From assembly GCA_963705505.1 (NCBI GenBank), contig CAVPJU010000001.1:160001-224000 (forward strand): a stretch of DNA of 64,000 bases. The letters are read 5' to 3'. Of this stretch, positions 59,294-64,000 are shown piece after piece. Within the stretch, counting starts at the first letter, position 1. Each line of letters opens with the position of its first letter. The DNA is from an uncultured bacterium. GTDB taxonomy: Bacteria > Desulfobacterota_D > UBA1144 > Nemesobacterales > UBA2774. The notes below the pieces were generated by a model. The model saw only the letters and a program-made list of their open reading frames with translations, did not search any database and was not told the DNA's origin. The position numbers and the translations under genes are program-made.

Positions 59294-59854
59294 ATGAACG
59301 ACCAATTCAAACTCAGGGTGACAAGCGATCTCGAGCTTGAGCTCCTTTGCGACGACCACGCGCAGGAGTTATTCGATTTGACGGCCGACAACCGGGAGCA
59401 TCTCCGTAAATGGCTCCCGTGGCTCGACAGCAACAAGTATCTTCAGAATACCGTCGATTTCATAACATACAGCAGGAAACAGTATGAAGAGAATAACGGA
59501 TTACAGTTATGTATCCGTTATAGGGGGAAATTGAGCGGGATGATCGGTTTTCACAGGGTCGACTGGCTCAATCATTCGACCGGTATCGGATACTGGCTCG
59601 CTGAAAATTATCAGGGAAAGGGGATTATCACCCGGTCATGCGTTTGCATTCTGGAATACGCTTTCGGCAATCTTGGCTTAAACCGTGTGGAGATCAGGTG
59701 CGCGACTGAAAATATGAAGAGCAGGGCTATCCCGGAGAGGCTCGGTTTTAAGGAAGAGGGCATCATACGGCAGGCCGAATGGCTCTACGACCACTACGTC
59801 GACCATGTCGTTTACGGAATGCTGAGGGAAGAATGGGCAGCCCGGGGACTATGA
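59294..59854 (+). CDS. GNAT acetyltransferase (RimJ/RimL/YdaF-like)
   Basis: NREHL..WLPW, IGYWL...QGKG and N.KSRAIPERLGF..EG motifs. Confidence 0.92.
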   Translation: MNDQFKLRVTSDLELELLCDDHAQELFDLTADNREHLRKWLPWLDSNKYLQNTVDFITYSRKQYEENNGLQLCIRYRGKLSGMIGFHRVDWLNHSTGIGYWLAENYQGKGIITRSCVCILEYAFGNLGLNRVEIRCATENMKSRAIPERLGFKEEGIIRQAEWLYDHYVDHVVYGMLREEWAARGL

Positions 59855-59894
59855 ATTTCAATACTTTAACTTACTGGAATCCCGGTATATATAA

Positions 59895-59932
59895 AAACCC
59901 TCCTAAATCCTGTGAAGGAAGTAGGAGGGTTT
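59895..59932 (-). terminator. Intrinsic terminator hairpin (possibly bidirectional)
   Basis: AAACCCTCCTA...TAGGAGGGTTT inverted repeat with a T-tract on the minus strand. Confidence 0.7.
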
Positions 59933-59962
59933 AAGAGAAGCAAAAGGCAAGATGTAGTTAAG

Positions 59963-60043
59963 CTATGCGAACAATGCTAAGAATAATCCGGCAAATAAAA
60001 CCGAATATAAAGCCAAATCTGCAAATCCGTATTTTTTATTCAT
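59963..60043 (-). CDS. 26-aa hydrophobic peptide (not in ORF track)
   Basis: GGAGG RBS 8 nt upstream; MNKKYGFADLALYSVLFAGLFLALFA*; followed by a terminator. Confidence 0.55.
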   Translation of the reverse strand: MNKKYGFADLALYSVLFAGLFLALFA

Positions 60044-60256
60044 ATATCCATCCTCCACAAACATGATATTCTATTAACGCATAGCCCATCAAGTCTTAAT
60101 TTCTTATAGAATAAAAGGTTTATTGATCGGATTGCTATCCTACAATGGTCTTAATACTAAAGTATTGGATTCTCCACGCAATTCCAAATAATCGTTCAGA
60201 ACCGGAATGAGTCGTACTAAGCAATGCCGTTAAGAATATGAGATACCCGCTTGGGG

Positions 60257-61072
60257 TTATTCGGGTTTTTTCGATATGATCAGGTGATTGGCCGCTCTTC
60301 CTTCGTCTATCAGGCGTAGATAGGTGTCGAAGTATTGAATGTGATAATCGGTGTTCTCCTTACCCTGCTCCTTAACTATTTCCTCGTAATGTTTCTTATA
60401 TGCGTCGCCCCATTTCTTGTTCTGAACCCTGAAGTCGGAAACGTATTCCGTAATCTCCTCTATTTCAAAGCCCGCTTTTTTTAGTTTGTCGCGGTAGTTG
60501 GGAAGCGAATCGTAGTACTGGGGGATGAGGTATCCGCGCGCCATTTTCCTTTTCACTTCCGGATCACCGGGCATATCGAAAGTGCCGCTTAGGAACGCCC
60601 ATATGCCGCCCCGCTTCAATACCCTGCGCACTTCCTTGAAGAGTCCTATTTTGTCCTCGAACACATTCATGACATTGAGGCTGATCGCAATGTCGAAGGT
60701 GTCATCGTCAAAGGGCGTCTTCATAGCATCCCCCAAATGGAACTCGGTTTTATCCTCGAGTCCGGATCTTTTCGCTAATTTCCTTGACATCTCCACCCCA
60801 ACATCGGAGATGTCGATCCCGGCGATTCTGCACCCCGTTTTGCTTGCTATGTATACGGCCGGGCCGCCCACGCCGCTTCCCACGTCGAGGATATAACTGC
60901 CCTCATTGATATTGAGCCTGTGGACGATTTCGTCAAGGTATCCGGGTGTGATGAATGACTGCTGCCCGATATCGTTCTCCTTTCCCCAGATCGACTCTCT
61001 CAAAAGCCTGTTAGCCGGGCTGTCTATCTGGTGGAGAATGGAATAATCTACTCCTATTTTTTTCTCGCTCAT
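60257..61072 (-). CDS. Class I SAM-dependent methyltransferase (N-methyltransferase-like)
   Basis: LDVGSGVGG, GIDIS, PFDDDTFD and RVLKRGG motifs. Confidence 0.88.
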   Translation of the reverse strand: MSEKKIGVDYSILHQIDSPANRLLRESIWGKENDIGQQSFITPGYLDEIVHRLNINEGSYILDVGSGVGGPAVYIASKTGCRIAGIDISDVGVEMSRKLAKRSGLEDKTEFHLGDAMKTPFDDDTFDIAISLNVMNVFEDKIGLFKEVRRVLKRGGIWAFLSGTFDMPGDPEVKRKMARGYLIPQYYDSLPNYRDKLKKAGFEIEEITEYVSDFRVQNKKWGDAYKKHYEEIVKEQGKENTDYHIQYFDTYLRLIDEGRAANHLIISKKPE

Positions 61073-61191
61073 TTTACCGTTTCTCTGTGATGGGATTCTG
61101 AATCCGGTTTTGAGTTGCCGGTTCCCGCCATATTAATATGTGATTATATCTTATGGAGTATCCGCGAAGAAGACCTAATTTTAGTAACATT

Positions 61192-61956
61192 CTACTTTGC
61201 GCTCATTCCGCCGTCCACCGAAAGCATTGCGCCTGTGGTGAATTTGATATTATCGTCGCACAGGAATAAAACCGCATAGGCGATCTCCTCGGGTTGAGCC
61301 AGCCGCCCGATGGGGTGAACCGATATATATCGCTTTTCGCCAATTTCCCTCTCTCCCCATTCTTCGAACAATACATCCATCATAGGTGTATAAATCGTGC
61401 CCGGGCATACGGCGTTCACACGGATCCCTTTATCCGCGTATTCGAGAGCCATGCTCCTCGTAAGCTGGTTTACAGCGCCTTTGGACGCGCTGTATGCGGC
61501 GAAGCCTGCGGGAGAAGCCTTGAGCCCCAATATAGACGAGTTATTCACGATCGAGCCGCCGCCGTTTTTGATCATGTGGGGAAGGGTATGCTTGGACATC
61601 AGGTATACGCCTTTAACGTTGATATCGAACGTCTCATCCCACATTACCGTAGCGGTCTCGTGCGTGTTCGACTTGTAGCAAACCCCGGCGTTGTTGAAAA
61701 GTATGTCTATGCGGCTGAATTTACTTACTGTAAAATCGACTGCTTTTTTGCAGTCGGTTTCATTGGATACATCCCCCACAAGGTAGCTGATTTCCAACCC
61801 TTCGTTCCCAAGCTCGAGGGAAGTACCGTTAAGTGAATTTTCAGTGCGCCCCGTAATAACGACATTCGCTCCCTCCCTCGCGAAAAGACGCGCCGTTGCC
61901 TTTCCGATCCCTGTACCGCCCCCCGTGATTATGGCCGTCTTGTCTTTGAGTTTCAT
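61192..61956 (-). CDS. SDR-family oxidoreductase (FabG/glucose-1-DH-like)
   Basis: TGGGTGIG, NNAG, YSASK, IRVNAVCPG and VDGG motifs. Confidence 0.93.
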   Translation of the reverse strand: MKLKDKTAIITGGGTGIGKATARLFAREGANVVITGRTENSLNGTSLELGNEGLEISYLVGDVSNETDCKKAVDFTVSKFSRIDILFNNAGVCYKSNTHETATVMWDETFDINVKGVYLMSKHTLPHMIKNGGGSIVNNSSILGLKASPAGFAAYSASKGAVNQLTRSMALEYADKGIRVNAVCPGTIYTPMMDVLFEEWGEREIGEKRYISVHPIGRLAQPEEIAYAVLFLCDDNIKFTTGAMLSVDGGMSAK

Positions 61957-62021
61957 GTCGTCAGCTTTTTCCGGCTGGCAATAATTATGGAGGAGATTAA
62001 TGTTTAATCAATAAGAGAATG

Positions 62022-63449
62022 TTACCGTATATCGCCGGGATTTATTTCGTCGAGGGACCTTCCGGTAGTGTTTATCTTGAAAATTGCTGTTACTACGAGC
62101 CCCAGTATCGCTGCAATAGCGACTAAGACAAGGGTAGACGGTATACCTACGGAAGATTTAAGTATCGGCAATAAGAAAATACCGAACGCGGCGCCTAATT
62201 TTGCGGCCGATGTGGCGATCCCGTGTGCGGATGCGCGCATAGAGGTGGGGAATAATTCAGCCGGCAGGATAAAGGTAGTTGCATTCGGCCCCATATTCAT
62301 CATAAGGTTGAACAAAATAAAGCCGGGTATTACCAGGTAGGGGCTTGCATTACCCTGGGTTCCTGTATCCGAGGCCACTGCCAATATGCAGAGTCCAAGC
62401 GCCATACCCCCGAAACCCAGAATCTGGAGCCTGATTCGTCCCCACTTGTCCACGAGCCAGATGTTTAGAAGGAAGCCTGCGATCAGGAATGAGTCGAGAT
62501 ATGCGGCCCCCTCCGTGGCGGCCAAATCTTTCAAGATGAAATTCGTCTCTTTATCGTAAGTTATTATTGCAAGGATTGTCGGGGTGAATAGTCCGATACC
62601 ATAAGTAGCAATATCCATACAGAACCAGGGTACGACGGCGAGGATGGTACGCTTTATATATTGCCTTGTCAGCAGATGTCCGTACCCCATTCTCTTTCTT
62701 GCGGCATGCTTTGCATGGGTCGCCGTGTCAGCCACTAAATCTTTAACCCGGTCTTTTAAATCCGGTACGATCCTGGCTATGATATCGCCCGCTTTTTCAA
62801 AATATCCCTTGTCTATAAGCCAGCGCGGACTTTCGGGTACTGTAGTACGCAATACCAGGACAATTACTGCGGGCACAACACCCAGTCCCAGCATCCACCG
62901 CCATGCCTCGAATTCAGGAAAGATTTTAAGAACAATGACTCCTACCAGTGCGCCGCTTAACATTCCTGCGGCCTGGAAGCTGAATGCGCCTATTAACATT
63001 CTGCCTCTGATACGGGTCGGCATAAATTCGGAAACGTAGGAGGCGCAAATGGGATAGTCGACCCCGACCCCGATGCCCAGCAAGAATCGGAACACGATGA
63101 GCGACCCGACATCCCATGAGAATGCCGTCAGCAATCCGAAGATTATAAAGAAAGCCAGGTCAACAATGTATAAAGCTTTTCTTCCATAACGATCTGTAAA
63201 CCTTCCTCCCAGGAATCCTCCCAATACCGAACCCAGAACGGCCGCAGCCCCTATGAGTCCCGTCATAAAGGGAGAGGGAGAAAATTCTCGGGCAATCAGA
63301 GGCAGTGCGACGCCTATAATAAAAAGGTCGAAACCGTCGAGGAAAACACCCATTGAGGACAGAAACCACACCCTCCAATGGAGACCCATGAGTTTTGTTT
63401 CTTCCAGGGCTTGATTCAATGAGGTTATTTCATATTGTTTCTCAGGCAT
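62022..63449 (-). CDS. MFS transporter (sugar porter/phosphate-like family)
   Basis: 12-TM pattern; DGFDLF, DRYGRK, GVDYP, PESPRWL and PAELFPT motifs. Confidence 0.92.
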   Translation of the reverse strand: MPEKQYEITSLNQALEETKLMGLHWRVWFLSSMGVFLDGFDLFIIGVALPLIAREFSPSPFMTGLIGAAAVLGSVLGGFLGGRFTDRYGRKALYIVDLAFFIIFGLLTAFSWDVGSLIVFRFLLGIGVGVDYPICASYVSEFMPTRIRGRMLIGAFSFQAAGMLSGALVGVIVLKIFPEFEAWRWMLGLGVVPAVIVLVLRTTVPESPRWLIDKGYFEKAGDIIARIVPDLKDRVKDLVADTATHAKHAARKRMGYGHLLTRQYIKRTILAVVPWFCMDIATYGIGLFTPTILAIITYDKETNFILKDLAATEGAAYLDSFLIAGFLLNIWLVDKWGRIRLQILGFGGMALGLCILAVASDTGTQGNASPYLVIPGFILFNLMMNMGPNATTFILPAELFPTSMRASAHGIATSAAKLGAAFGIFLLPILKSSVGIPSTLVLVAIAAILGLVVTAIFKINTTGRSLDEINPGDIR

Positions 63450-63615
63450 GACCCTCCCCCATTCATTCTAGGAAACTACCTTCCTATTCCTTCTCGACGT
63501 ATTAAGGGGGTATGAAATTTCGATTAAGGTGATTTATAATCTCTTAACGGATTTTCAACGAAAAGGGCGATATAATAAGTGACTAACTTTGTTCAAATAC
63601 GGAGAGGATGATAAT

Positions 63616-64000
63616 ATGGGAAATTCTTCTGATAATAAGCCCCGGTTTAACGACCCGAAAAATATAGCTATTGCGCTCCTTGTGCTGATAGCCCTCATAA
63701 TGGGGTTTTTGCTTGTCAAGAACAACCTCCCCATTTCGGGCATGAAAAAGACACTGTCCGCTGCAAAGGGGGGAAGCGTATCGGTGGTCGAGGTCAAATT
63801 CGACGACCAGGACAACAGTTTTGTCGATATTATTTTTAATAAACCCGTAGGAAAAAACGAAGAGGGAGAGATACTAGGCCGGGACCCGGCAACGATTGTC
63901 CCTCCCGTAAACGGCTCATGGACGTGGAAGACCCCGAACGTGTTGAGCTTTCAGGCGTCTTATAAGTTCAACATGGCTACGGACTACAAGATTACACTCA
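63616..64000 (+). CDS. Membrane-anchored protein with Ig-like domain, possibly alpha-2-macroglobulin family (5' part; runs off window)
   Basis: GGAGAGG RBS; TM IAIALLVLIALIMGFLLV; IIFNKPV...IVPPVNGSWTWKTPNVLSF...ATDYKITL. Confidence 0.6.
   Translation, partial: MGNSSDNKPRFNDPKNIAIALLVLIALIMGFLLVKNNLPISGMKKTLSAAKGGSVSVVEVKFDDQDNSFVDIIFNKPVGKNEEGEILGRDPATIVPPVNGSWTWKTPNVLSFQASYKFNMATDYKITL

Noticed and set aside
1..64000. CRISPR array, rRNA, IS/transposase or prophage genes
   Set aside because: No regularly spaced repeats or recognisable such genes were seen by eye

Overview
Bacterial chromosomal window of moderate GC, densely coding, mostly housekeeping. Gene style suggests a deltaproteobacteria-like/Desulfobacterota-related lineage (inference only). 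In order, it contains: a hicB/hicA toxin-antitoxin edge; a split B12 acyl-CoA mutase with isobutyryl-CoA-mutase-type residues; rnr; an 11-kb minus-strand envelope cluster (S8 protease with C-terminal sorting signal, four alkaline-phosphatase-superfamily enzymes, a small RHH-like protein with an LxxLGY tail, and a DUF106/EMC3-like membrane protein); a KDPG-aldolase-like protein lacking its catalytic residues; tRNA-Ser(CGA); a JAB-DinG helicase; mtgA, gyrA, tRNA-Gly(GCC), proB and mltG; a RavA-like AAA+ ORF joined to a vWA ORF through an A11 slippery run; a copA-type ATPase, csp, tpx and bioD; a complete alternative complex III operon (actABCDEF) plus an unannotated 47-aa membrane ORF; an orphan gldC; ppi, rnhB, dapA, asd, rpiB and crcB; and assorted enzymes. 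The top candidates for new biology are (1) the AlkP/LGY-tail/DUF106 cluster, which may form a transmembrane group-transfer relay, and (2) probable programmed -1 recoding giving both a short AAA+ protein and an AAA+-vWA fusion. Several single-base +1 frameshifts (gyrA, copA, an SDR, probably ppi and rnr) look like assembly errors. Four small ORFs below the ORF-track cutoff were found by reading the sequence. No CRISPR, rRNA, transposase or integrase was seen.
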